NCBI GenBank assembly: GCA_965214405.1
Contig: OZ243956.1
Location: forward strand, 192,001-256,000
Direction of reading: 5' to 3'
Length of the DNA: 64,000 nt
Origin: Trueperaceae bacterium
Lineage (GTDB): Bacteria; Deinococcota; Deinococci; Deinococcales; Trueperaceae
The translations under genes were made by a program, and so were the position numbers. Each line of letters opens with the position of its first letter. Position 1 is the first letter of the stretch. Below, piece by piece: positions 28,114 to 37,268 of the stretch. The notes under the pieces are model-generated. The model was not told the origin of the DNA. It worked only from the letters and a program-made list of their open reading frames with translations, and did not search any database.

Positions 28114-28881
28114 ATGAAGACAACAGCACGCACCTTGCGTCAAGACGACTCGCGTCATAACAAGAGGCCCCTGTGGCTCAACGTTTTTGGGCTCCTGCTC
28201 CTGGGTTTATTTGGTTACGGCGCTTATCTGGCGCTCGTCGCCTCGCCGCCCGACGTGCAGCAAGGCGACCTCATCCGCGTGATGTACCCGCACGTCGCGG
28301 TCGCCTGGATTTGCTTTGTGGCGGTGGGCATGACGGCGCTTTTTGGGACGCTTTATCTTTGGCGCGGCAGACGGATTCACGACGTGATTGCGGTGGCGAG
28401 CGCTGAGTTGGGTATCTTTTTTGGCAGCCTCACGCTGCTGGGCGGGATGACCTACAGCAAACCGACCTTAAACACCTTTTGGACCTGGGACGCCCGCTTT
28501 ACCACCACGGCGCTACTCTTCTTTTTGCTCGTGGGTTACTTCATTGTGCGCGGACTCGTCGAGGACCCCGACCGGCGCGCGCGGGTGAGCGCGGTGGTGA
28601 GCATCATCGCCTTTGCCGACGTGCCCATTATCTACTTTGCGACCGAGTGGTGGCGCACGCTGCACCCGCCGCTGTCCATTCAGTTTGACGGGGGCGGCGT
28701 GACGATGGACTCACGAATGCTCTTCGTCCTGCTCTACAACGTGGGGGTGGCGGCGCTCATTTATGTGTACCTGATGATTGAACGCGTCCGCATTGGGCGC
28801 TTGGAAGCGCGTTTGGAAGAAACTTTAGAAAAAGCTGCTGAGAAAGACACCGTGACGCGTGGGGAGGTCGTGCATGTTTAA
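28114..28881 (+). CDS. ccmC: Heme exporter / heme chaperone loader
   Basis: Y.HV..AW, WTWDARFTT (WWD motif), WWRTLHP. Confidence 0.93.
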   Translation: MKTTARTLRQDDSRHNKRPLWLNVFGLLLLGLFGYGAYLALVASPPDVQQGDLIRVMYPHVAVAWICFVAVGMTALFGTLYLWRGRRIHDVIAVASAELGIFFGSLTLLGGMTYSKPTLNTFWTWDARFTTTALLFFLLVGYFIVRGLVEDPDRRARVSAVVSIIAFADVPIIYFATEWWRTLHPPLSIQFDGGGVTMDSRMLFVLLYNVGVAALIYVYLMIERVRIGRLEARLEETLEKAAEKDTVTRGEVVHV

Positions 28882-29017
28882 CAATATTTCGGATTGGGGT
28901 TGGGTGGCCGCCGCCTGGGGCGAGGTCGTGTTGGCTTATGTTGGGTACCTGCTTTACTTACGCCACCGCGCAAAGCGCTTAGAAACGGAAGCGCAGGAGG
29001 CGTCATCAAACGCTTAG
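28874..29017 (+). CDS. ccmD: Small single-TM protein, CcmD-like
   Basis: Below the ORF-track cutoff. MFNNISDWGWVAAAWGEVVLAYVGYLLYLRHRAKRLETEAQEASSNA, with GGAGG RBS, between ccmC and ccmE. Confidence 0.75.
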   Translation: MFNNISDWGWVAAAWGEVVLAYVGYLLYLRHRAKRLETEAQEASSNA

Positions 29018-29433
29018 TCTATGCGCTCGCCGGGGTTCTGGTCTTAGGCGTTGCCGGGTTGATGGTCTACCGGGCGCTCTCCTCGAGCCTCGTCTACTTC
29101 GTGCTGCCGAGCGAATACGCCGCCGACCCTGCCGAGTATGCGGGCAGGCGCTTGCGGCTGGGCGGCTTTGTCGAGCCGGGGAGCGTCAACTATGACGACA
29201 AGAATTTGCAGCTCGCTTTCAAGGTGACCGACCGCTTCCAGACCTATCCGGTGCATTACAAGGGCGCGCCGCCCAACTTGTTCGCGGAGGATACGGGCGT
29301 GGTCATCGAGGGCAGCTTTGACGGCGACACCTTTCAGGGCGATAACCTGCTCATCAAGCACAGCGAGGTCTACGAGGCCCCCAAAGAGGGCGAGCCGCTG
29401 GACCTGGAGAATCTAAAAGACACGCTCCAGTAG
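29005..29433 (+). CDS. ccmE: Heme chaperone CcmE (start codon atypical)
   Basis: RLRLGG.V..GS, Y.G..P.LF, LLIKHSEVY heme-binding motif. Confidence 0.9.
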   Translation: MKRLVYALAGVLVLGVAGLMVYRALSSSLVYFVLPSEYAADPAEYAGRRLRLGGFVEPGSVNYDDKNLQLAFKVTDRFQTYPVHYKGAPPNLFAEDTGVVIEGSFDGDTFQGDNLLIKHSEVYEAPKEGEPLDLENLKDTLQ

Positions 29434-29447
29434 CGTGAGGGGCACAC

Positions 29448-31439
29448 ATGATTGATTTGAGTTTGGGACAAGTAGGCGGCGCGAGCGTCGTGCTGGCGAG
29501 CGCGTTGGCACTCTACGCCGCCGCCACGGGCGCGCTCGGCGCGTGGCGGCGCGACGCGCGGCTGCAAACCTCGGCGCGTTACGGGGCGGTGGCGGTTTTC
29601 TTGGCGATGACGACGGCGTTTATGGCGCTCGAGGTCGCGCTTCTCACCAACGACTTTAGCGTGGACTATGTGGCGCGGCACTCGAGCCTCCTGGCCCCCA
29701 CCTGGGTCAAGGCGGTGATGCTGTGGGGGGCGCTCGAGGGGTCCATCTTGCTCTGGGCCTGGCTGCTAAGCGCCTACACCGCCGTGCTGGCCTTGATCGC
29801 GCCCAATACCGTGCTGCGCCCTTGGGCGCTAACCATCATGCAGGGCGTGCAACTCTTTTTTATCGGCGTCATCGCCACCATCGCCAGCCCCTTCGGCGCG
29901 GTGCCGGGGGCGCAGTTTATCGGCCCCGGCCCCAATCCGCTGCTCCAGAACCACTGGATGATGGCGATTCACCCCGTGCTGATGTATCTGGGTTTCGTGG
30001 GCCTCACCGTGCCCTTTGCGTACGCGATAAGCGCGCTTATCACCCGCCGCCCCGGCACCGAGTGGATGAGCCAGACGCGCCGCTGGACCCTCACGGGTTG
30101 GGGCTTTCTCACCGCGGCCATCGTCGCCGGGGGCTGGTGGAGCTACGAGGTTTTGGGCTGGGGCGGCTACTGGGCTTGGGACCCGGTCGAAAACGTGTCC
30201 TTTTTGCCTTGGCTCACCGCCACCGCCTTTATTCACTCCGTGCAGGTGCAAGAGCGCCGCCGGATGCTCAAGGCGTGGAACATCTTTCTTGTCACCACGA
30301 CTTTTTCTCTCTCCATCCTGGGCACCTTTTTAACGCGCTCGGGCGTGCTCTCGTCGGTTCACGCCTTTGGCGACGGGCCGGTTGGCCCCGCGTTTTTGGT
30401 CTTTTTCATCGTGGTGATGCTCGCCTCGTTTGGGCTCGTCGCACTCCGCTGGGACGGCGTGCGCGACCACGCCGAACTCGATTCGCCCGTGAGCCGCGAG
30501 GGAAGCTTTTTGCTCGGCAACGTGTTCTTTTTGGCGATCGCGTTTGCGGTGCTTTTAGGGACGCTCTTTCCGCTTATTGTTGAGGCCATCACGCAGGCCA
30601 AGGTCACCGTCGGCGCACCTTTTTTCACGCGCATCAGCGTGCCCATCTGGATGGCGGTCTTTGCGCTCATGGGCATCGGCCCGCTTTTGCCGTGGCGACG
30701 CGCGGAGACGCAGTCGCTCGTCAAAAATTTAGCCTGGCTGACCGGGGGCGGCATCGTTACGGGACTCGTGGCTTACGTGCTGGGCGTTCACAAAATTTAC
30801 CCGCTCCTCACGGTGGCGCTGGCGGGCTTTAATATGGTGAGTTTAACGCTGCTCATCACGGGCGCGGTTCGGCCACGGGTGCGGCTCACGGGCCGGAGCA
30901 CGCTGGCGGTGCTGCGGAGTTACGCCACGGAAAACCGCAGGCGCATCGGCTCGATGGTCGTGCATTTTGGCGTGATCATCGTGGCGTTGGGAATTGCGGG
31001 GAGCGGCGGCTACCGGGTGGACGAGCTTTTGAGCGTGCCCGTCGGGGGAAGCGCCACCTTTCAGGGTTACACGCTCACCGCCACGGACAAGTTTATGAAC
31101 CGCCTCCCCGACCGCATCAGCGCGGGGGCCATTATCGAGGTATCGCATGGGGAGCGCTTACTCGCCACGTTGCGGCCCCGCATCAATCAATTCACCAACA
31201 GCCCGGAGCAACCCGTGGCGACGCCCGCCGTGCTCTACCGGCCTCAGCACGACGTTTACTTGAGCGTGGCGGGGTCCATCGGTCCTGACACGACGTCCAT
31301 TCCGCTACGGGTGGTGCAAAGCCCGCTCATCGCCTGGATTTGGTTGGGCGGGTTCATCATGGTGCTCGGCACCGCGTATTGTCTGATGCCGCAGGGTCGG
31401 CGTGAGGCGGAGCGCCGCAGGGGAACGGTGCGCGCGTGA
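29448..31439 (+). CDS. ccmF: Heme lyase CcmF
   Basis: NPLLQ..M.IHP, LGWGGYWAWDPVEN, LTRSG..SVHAF. Confidence 0.96.
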   Translation: MIDLSLGQVGGASVVLASALALYAAATGALGAWRRDARLQTSARYGAVAVFLAMTTAFMALEVALLTNDFSVDYVARHSSLLAPTWVKAVMLWGALEGSILLWAWLLSAYTAVLALIAPNTVLRPWALTIMQGVQLFFIGVIATIASPFGAVPGAQFIGPGPNPLLQNHWMMAIHPVLMYLGFVGLTVPFAYAISALITRRPGTEWMSQTRRWTLTGWGFLTAAIVAGGWWSYEVLGWGGYWAWDPVENVSFLPWLTATAFIHSVQVQERRRMLKAWNIFLVTTTFSLSILGTFLTRSGVLSSVHAFGDGPVGPAFLVFFIVVMLASFGLVALRWDGVRDHAELDSPVSREGSFLLGNVFFLAIAFAVLLGTLFPLIVEAITQAKVTVGAPFFTRISVPIWMAVFALMGIGPLLPWRRAETQSLVKNLAWLTGGGIVTGLVAYVLGVHKIYPLLTVALAGFNMVSLTLLITGAVRPRVRLTGRSTLAVLRSYATENRRRIGSMVVHFGVIIVALGIAGSGGYRVDELLSVPVGGSATFQGYTLTATDKFMNRLPDRISAGAIIEVSHGERLLATLRPRINQFTNSPEQPVATPAVLYRPQHDVYLSVAGSIGPDTTSIPLRVVQSPLIAWIWLGGFIMVLGTAYCLMPQGRREAERRRGTVRA

Positions 31440-31972
31440 AGCGGCTCACCATCGTCGTCGTCGTTGTGGCGGGTTTCGGGGCGCTGTTCGCCTTTGGGCT
31501 TAGAAACCCGGTTGACCGAGACATTCCTGCCAATCGCGTGGGAAAAACAATGCCCGACTTTGAGATGCCGCTGTTTGAACGTTACGCGGAAACGTACGGC
31601 CCCACGTTCAAGGTGTCTGAGAGTCTTGGGAAGCCAATGGTTATCAACTTTTGGGCTTCATGGTGTCCCCCCTGTCAAGACGAAGCACCCGTTTTAGAAG
31701 CGGCTTGGCAGGAGTACAGAAACGAAGTGCTTTTTGTCGGCGTGAATACTCAAGAAAGTGGTAAAGAGGCCAACGCCAGAGCTTTTATAGAAAGCCACGG
31801 CCTCACCTTCCCCAACGGTAAAGACGAAAGCTCGCGCATCGGCATCGACTACGGACTTTTCGGCTTGCCCGAAACCTTCTTTATCCGCGCGGACGGCACA
31901 CTTCTCGATAAACACTCGGGACCCGTCTCGCAGGCGTTGTTGGACGAGCGAATAGGAGCACTGTTAAGGTGA
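31436..31972 (+). CDS. ccmG: TlpA/CcmG thiol-disulfide oxidoreductase
   Basis: NFWASWCPPC, G.PETFFI. Confidence 0.88.
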   Translation: MKRLTIVVVVVAGFGALFAFGLRNPVDRDIPANRVGKTMPDFEMPLFERYAETYGPTFKVSESLGKPMVINFWASWCPPCQDEAPVLEAAWQEYRNEVLFVGVNTQESGKEANARAFIESHGLTFPNGKDESSRIGIDYGLFGLPETFFIRADGTLLDKHSGPVSQALLDERIGALLR

Positions 31973-31982
31973 TGACGGTTGG

Positions 31983-32017
31983 AAAATCCCCCCTAGCCCC
32001 CCTTATCAAGGGGGGGA
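31983..32017. repeat. Short palindromic repeat unit (AAATCCCCCCTAGCCCCCCTT-atc-AAGGGGGG)
   Basis: C6T2/A2G7 hairpin preceded by a C-rich arm; would read SPLAPLIKGG. Confidence 0.55.
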
Positions 32018-32469
32018 TGCGTCGGTTCTTTCTCCTGGTTTCTTTGCTACTCGTCAGCTTGGCGAGCCTGGCTATGGCGCAGGACGTGCAGCTCGAGAGC
32101 CGCGTGTTCGACATCGCCAAGCAACTCCGCTGCCCCACCTGCGTGTCGTCGTCGGTGGCGGATTCGAACGCGCCGATTAGCCTGGAGATGCGCAACATTA
32201 TCCAGGAAAAGCTCAACGCGGGCGAGAGCGAGGGGGAAATCCTCACCTACTTTCAGGGCACGCACGGCGACTGGATTTTGATGAACCCGCCGCGGCGTGG
32301 CATCTACCTGCTGGTGTGGGGGCTGCCCGTGCTCGCGGGGGTGGCGGCGCTGGGGCTGCTTTTTATGTTTGTGAGGCGCTGGACGCGCAGCGCGAGTGCG
32401 CCCGTGGAGGACGTGAGCGGGGCTGAACTCGAGCGCGTCCGTACCCTCGTGGGTGGCGAAGGGCGCTGA
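32017..32469 (+). CDS. ccmH: Cytochrome c biogenesis protein CcmH
   Basis: LRCPTC...SNA, G..IL..PP. Confidence 0.92.
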   Translation: MRRFFLLVSLLLVSLASLAMAQDVQLESRVFDIAKQLRCPTCVSSSVADSNAPISLEMRNIIQEKLNAGESEGEILTYFQGTHGDWILMNPPRRGIYLLVWGLPVLAGVAALGLLFMFVRRWTRSASAPVEDVSGAELERVRTLVGGEGR

Positions 32470-34100
32470 TGCTGAGCACCATCTTCATCGTTGTCATTGC
32501 GCTCTTTTTGTTTGGTTACGTGGCGGTGCCGCTTCTGTGGCCCGGCCAGGCCGACCCGCTGCCCAACTTCCGTGACCCCGTCACGCAGGATTTGGAGGAG
32601 GAGCGCGACGCGCTCTTTCGGGCCATCCGCGAACTCGACGTCCGTGAAGACCTACCCGAAGCGAGACGCGCCGAACTCCGCGCCCGTTACGAGGCCAAGG
32701 CCGCCAAGGTGTTGCGCGCGCTTGACGAGCGGGAGGCGGCGCTGGCGGGGCGACCCGTTACGACCCCGGCCCCGGCTCGAGCCCGCCGCGCGCCCTTTGC
32801 CGCGCTCTCGCTGCTGGGGCTCATGGGCGCGAGCGCGCTCCTGCTGGGCGGTTACGTCTTGCCCCGCGTGGGTCAAGAGGCCACCGTCACCACCGCCGAC
32901 GCCACGCAGCTCGCCGCCGCGCGTTCTTTGCAAGCGCTCCAGCGCGCCGCCGACCGCGACCCCTCGGCGGACAACCTCATGGCGCTCGCCAACGCCTACT
33001 GGAATGCCAACGAGGCCGACGGGGCCAAGGCGACGTACGAGCGCGTCACCAACGAGATTACGCCCGCGCCCGCGCTGGCTTACCGTCGCCTCGGATTCTT
33101 GGCGCTGCAAGACGACTTGAACGTCGCGCTTTCGTATCTTCAAAAGGCCAAAGACGCCGACCCGAACGACCTCGACACGCTCTTCGCGCTGGGTGAGGTC
33201 TACTTTGCGCTCGACCGGATTGACGAGGCCGTGGGGTCGTGGAACGCTTTTTTGGCCGCGCCCGGCGGCGCGGGGGACGAAGAGGTGCTGGCGCGGCTCG
33301 AGAACGCGCAGACCGTCGCCCCCCTCGTCGCCGCGGTCAACCAGGACCCGAGCGAGACCAACCTCGTGGCGCTAGGCGACTTCTACTGGTCGCGCGAGGA
33401 CCGCGACCGCGCCGCCAACGCCTACTTCCGCGTATTGACCGAGGCGAACCCAGAGAACCCCGTGGCGCTCTCCCGCGTCGGCCAGATTCTCTTTTTTAGC
33501 GGCCGCACCGACGACGCGGTCGCCGTGCTGGAGCGCGCCCGCGAGGCCGACGATAGGGACCTTCAGACCCTTCTCTTTTTGGGCAACGGCTACTTTACCT
33601 TAGGCAATTATGAAGGGGCCATCAGCGCGTGGGAGCGCTACGTCGCGGTGGCGGGCGGTCCGGCGGCGGCGGGGCGCGTTCCGAGTCTTATTGAGGACGC
33701 CAAGGCGCGGCTCGCGGGCGGCGCGACGGGTGGCTCGAGCGTAGGCGAGGCTCCCGTGACAACACCTGGTATGACTTCAAACACACCTTCTGACGTAGCA
33801 CCCAACACAGCACCCAGTACAGCACCTGGCGAAACGCTGATGGCCGTGTCGGGCGAAGGCGTGTACGCGGCGCGTTGCGCGAGCTGTCACGGGGCGGCGG
33901 GCGGCGGGGGCGCGGGTCCCCGGATTGCGGAGAACGCTCGAGCCGCCGACGCGGACTACGTCGCGCGCGTGGTGAAAAACGGTCGCGGCATGATGCCCGC
34001 CTTTGGCAACGTCCTGAGCGACGCCGAAGTAGAAGCTGTGGTGCGGTACACGATTGGGCTCTCGCGGGGAGGGCAGGTTTCGCAAGCAGGTCAGCCGTGA
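32469..34100 (+). CDS. CcmI/CycH-like TPR protein with C-terminal c-type cytochrome domain
   Basis: N-terminal TM and coiled coil, TPRs, CASCH heme motif with MPAF axial Met. Confidence 0.85.
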   Translation: MLSTIFIVVIALFLFGYVAVPLLWPGQADPLPNFRDPVTQDLEEERDALFRAIRELDVREDLPEARRAELRARYEAKAAKVLRALDEREAALAGRPVTTPAPARARRAPFAALSLLGLMGASALLLGGYVLPRVGQEATVTTADATQLAAARSLQALQRAADRDPSADNLMALANAYWNANEADGAKATYERVTNEITPAPALAYRRLGFLALQDDLNVALSYLQKAKDADPNDLDTLFALGEVYFALDRIDEAVGSWNAFLAAPGGAGDEEVLARLENAQTVAPLVAAVNQDPSETNLVALGDFYWSREDRDRAANAYFRVLTEANPENPVALSRVGQILFFSGRTDDAVAVLERAREADDRDLQTLLFLGNGYFTLGNYEGAISAWERYVAVAGGPAAAGRVPSLIEDAKARLAGGATGGSSVGEAPVTTPGMTSNTPSDVAPNTAPSTAPGETLMAVSGEGVYAARCASCHGAAGGGGAGPRIAENARAADADYVARVVKNGRGMMPAFGNVLSDAEVEAVVRYTIGLSRGGQVSQAGQP

Positions 34101-34146
34101 ATGGCGAGGACACCCGATCCCGAAGCCGTCAGTGGAGCAGCCTCTG

Positions 34147-34710
34147 ATGGCGCTCGAGCCCTCCAGCAGGCCCGACCGCCGCACCATTCTCTCCTGGCTC
34201 TGGCGGCTTCCGGTCATCGCCGCTTTTGGAACTGGGATTGCGGGTTTTCTCTACGCCTACCGCGTCCACTTTGGCAAAGAAACGCCCGCGGCGGAGCCCA
34301 CGTTTGCACCCGCCACGCCCCAGGCCGTCGCGCCGCTCGCTACTCTCTCGAGTCCCTGGGACGCCGCCGAGTTCACGCTTGCGGGTCTGCCCGCCATCGC
34401 GCTCCACGTGCCCGAGCCCATCCCCGGCGGTCTAACGGTCGACGGCGCTCACTACGCCGCCTTTTCGCGCGTCTGCACCCACTTGGGCTGCACCGTCGCC
34501 CTAAACCGCGACCCCGACGCGGTCGCGTTTGCGTTTAACTATCGGCCTCCAGAACCCGCCCTGGTCTGCCAGTGTCACCTGAGCATCTTTTTACCAGAAC
34601 AAAGCGGCAAGGCGGTGAGCGGCCCCGCGGTGGAGCCGCTGCCGAGAATCAGGCTTGAGAACCGCGAAGGAACCCTTTACGCTGTGGGCACCGAGACACG
34701 CGGGGGCTAA
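34147..34710 (+). CDS. Rieske [2Fe-2S] protein (start uncertain)
   Basis: Tat-like DRRTIL; CTHLGC and CQCH. Confidence 0.9.
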   Translation: MALEPSSRPDRRTILSWLWRLPVIAAFGTGIAGFLYAYRVHFGKETPAAEPTFAPATPQAVAPLATLSSPWDAAEFTLAGLPAIALHVPEPIPGGLTVDGAHYAAFSRVCTHLGCTVALNRDPDAVAFAFNYRPPEPALVCQCHLSIFLPEQSGKAVSGPAVEPLPRIRLENREGTLYAVGTETRGG

Positions 34711-34807
34711 TAGCCTTACCAATCCCCTACCTCTCACTAACGTAAAGAACAAGCTGCGTTTCTAAAAGTTGGAGGAGACCTCTCAACAGACACGTCTCGA
34801 GCCCCAT

Positions 34808-34835
34808 AAAAAACCCCGCTCACCACCGAGCGGGG
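34808..34835 (-). terminator. Intrinsic terminator after desaturase
   Basis: CCCCGCTC/GAGCGGGG stem with a T6 tail on the minus strand. Confidence 0.75.
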
Positions 34836-34863
34836 CGTAGCAGACCCTGTTTTACTTACAGCA

Positions 34864-35964
34864 CTACAGGTTGCCTTCTTCGTCCGGCGCGTCCGGCCAC
34901 TCCGGGTTCTCGACGAACACGGTCGGGTCGATCTCGTCGAAGCCGATTTCCTTTTCGTAGCGGCCAATCTTGCCGTGCAAGCGCCGCACGTCGCCCTCGA
35001 CCAGACCGTAGTCGAACGAGTCCCAGATGGCGGTGAGCTGCGCGTCACCCTCATAGGTAGGAACCAAGCGCGTGTTCTTGATACCCGCCTCGAGCGCCTT
35101 GCGGTTTTCGATGCCTAAGTTTTTGAACACCACCTGCACCACGTCGCGTGCGTACTGGCGCGGTCCGTAGATGCCCGCCTTGTAGACCGCCTCGTTAAAG
35201 GTGTCCCAGTCGGGGACGATTAAAGACGCGGGCATGGCGAAGTGCTCGAGCACGTCCTTTATCGCCTCCAGGGTCCGCTGCGGGTAATAGTAGAGGAACA
35301 GCCGCACGCCCTCCAAAAAGAAGTTGTAGTGCGCCGCCTCGTCGACTGCGATGGTGGTAGCGACTTTGGCAAGAACCGGGTCGGCGTCGCCCATGTGATG
35401 TTCTTTGTCGGACTGGCCTCGGGCGATCTTGGCCAAGTTGAGGTAATTGAGCTGTGTGGCGCGCTCCTGGAACACGGTGTAGATGAGGTTTCTTAAGGCG
35501 TCACCTTCCCAGAGGCTGCGGTGCGTGTTCGCGCGGAGGTCGTGCTTGTACGCTTCTAAAAATTCAGGGCTGCGTTGGCGCGAGAACAGCACCGCGTTTT
35601 CCCAGGTGTCGGCGTGCTTTTCTTCTTCCGAGCCCCAGCGGAGCTGAAAGTGGCTGCGCCCGTGGCTCCGGCGCACCAAGTTCAAAATCTCGTCTACATA
35701 GTCGGGCGTGTAGTATTCAACCGCAAAAAAACCCTGCAACACCCGGATGAGCGGGTCGGAAAAGTCCTGACGCAGCTTGCGCCAATCGAACGACTTGTCC
35801 GGGTTCCAGTTGCGCGTTTCTTGACTGCGGGCGGTGTACCAGCGGTACAGGCCCAGGAAGCCGCGCTCGATCAGGCGGTCTTTCTCCTCGTTGCTCAAGA
35901 GGGCGGCGGGGGTGCGCGGACGGTCGTCCGCAGTGAGGTACAGGGGAGGCGCAAGTGTATCCAT
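34864..35964 (-). CDS. Acyl-ACP desaturase (di-iron, ferritin-like)
   Basis: W..EEEKH, FQERAT, IAVDEAAH (two ExxH), FAMP. Confidence 0.88.
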   Translation of the reverse strand: MDTLAPPLYLTADDRPRTPAALLSNEEKDRLIERGFLGLYRWYTARSQETRNWNPDKSFDWRKLRQDFSDPLIRVLQGFFAVEYYTPDYVDEILNLVRRSHGRSHFQLRWGSEEEKHADTWENAVLFSRQRSPEFLEAYKHDLRANTHRSLWEGDALRNLIYTVFQERATQLNYLNLAKIARGQSDKEHHMGDADPVLAKVATTIAVDEAAHYNFFLEGVRLFLYYYPQRTLEAIKDVLEHFAMPASLIVPDWDTFNEAVYKAGIYGPRQYARDVVQVVFKNLGIENRKALEAGIKNTRLVPTYEGDAQLTAIWDSFDYGLVEGDVRRLHGKIGRYEKEIGFDEIDPTVFVENPEWPDAPDEEGNL

Positions 35965-36167
35965 AAATCTCCTTTTGGGGGGCAGGGGGTACGCGAAAGG
36001 GGCAACACGCAGAACCCAGGCAGGTCACAAGTGAAGCGGTGCGGTCGGGCGGAGCGATAACGTAGTATAACAAAGTCAAGAGGTTCGGGAAGCGCAACCT
36101 TTGACACCCAATCTTTGACATCTCTGGCTCTTTTTGCGCGTGTTTACAATCCTGTTATGTTACCTTT

Positions 36168-37259
36168 TTAACGGTATCGCCTTGTAACCCGGCTTCCCAA
36201 ACGCGTGAGAAGTTCGTAAGAGATGGTGTCGCCGCGCCGCGCCACCCTTTCCGCGTCGAGCGCGCCCGGACCGAACAGCGTGACGCGGTCGCCGGGTCTC
36301 ACCGCAAGCCCCCCCACATCGACCATCATCTGGTCCATACAGATGCGCCCGACCACGGCTCGCTCCCGCCCCTCGACCAGCACCTTCGCCCGGCCACTCG
36401 AGCCCCGCGGATACCCGTCGGCGTAGCCCATACGCACGGTGGCGACGCTTGTGTCTTTGGGCGCGGTCCACTGCGCGCCGTAGGAGACAGTCTCACCCGC
36501 GCGCACCTTTTTCACGAAGGTCACGGGCGCGGTGAGGGTCATGACGGGTTTCAGGTTGGGCTCTAAAGCCACCGTCACGTCGCTCGAGTGGTAGCCGTAC
36601 AGCGCGATGCCGGGGCGCACCATGTCGAAATGCGCGTTTTTGTAAGCGAGCAGCGCCGGGGAGTTGGCGGCGTGGGTGAGGGGAACCCTAAGCTCGTCTT
36701 TTTCCAAGGCGGTGAGAAAGCAGTGGAAGTTGGCAAGCTGGCCCTCTGTGAAACCCCCCTCCGCCCCGTCCGCGCAGGCGAAGTGGGTCCAGACGCCCTC
36801 GAGCACCACCCCGCTCGCACCTTCAGCTTTTTTGGCGACCTCTACCGCCTCACGCCAAGGCAGCCCCAGACGGCCCATTCCAGTATCCACTTTTAGGTGA
36901 ACTCTGGCCTCCACACCCGCCGCTCGCGCAGCCCGTTGTACCGCCTCGAGCGACCCCTCATCTACCACAGTCAAGGCAACGTCGTGGTCTAGCAAGTTCT
37001 CGAGCCCCTCGTAAACCGGGCTGAAGATGAGGATGCGCCCCTCCAGCCCCGCCGCGCGCAGCTCGAGCGCCTCATTAGGCGTCGCCACGCCAAACCAGCC
37101 CACGCCGACTCTTTCCAAATGCCGGGCGACCTGGGGCGCGCCGTGTCCATAAGCGTCCGCCTTGACCGCCGCGAGCATCTGGGTGGGAGGCTCGAGGTGA
37201 CGCTTTAAGAGAGTGACGTTGTGCTCCAAGGCACCCAAATCAACCGTGGCCGTAGGCAT
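36168..37259 (-). CDS. alr: Alanine racemase
   Basis: AVKADAYGHG, HLKVDTGMGRLG, GYADG, GRICMD. Confidence 0.97.
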   Translation of the reverse strand: MPTATVDLGALEHNVTLLKRHLEPPTQMLAAVKADAYGHGAPQVARHLERVGVGWFGVATPNEALELRAAGLEGRILIFSPVYEGLENLLDHDVALTVVDEGSLEAVQRAARAAGVEARVHLKVDTGMGRLGLPWREAVEVAKKAEGASGVVLEGVWTHFACADGAEGGFTEGQLANFHCFLTALEKDELRVPLTHAANSPALLAYKNAHFDMVRPGIALYGYHSSDVTVALEPNLKPVMTLTAPVTFVKKVRAGETVSYGAQWTAPKDTSVATVRMGYADGYPRGSSGRAKVLVEGRERAVVGRICMDQMMVDVGGLAVRPGDRVTLFGPGALDAERVARRGDTISYELLTRLGSRVTRRYR

Positions 37260-37268
37260 CCGCCGAGT

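Noticed and set aside
33760..33830. Pro/Thr/Ser-rich repeats in the CcmI-like gene
   Set aside because: Low-complexity linker before the cytochrome domain.
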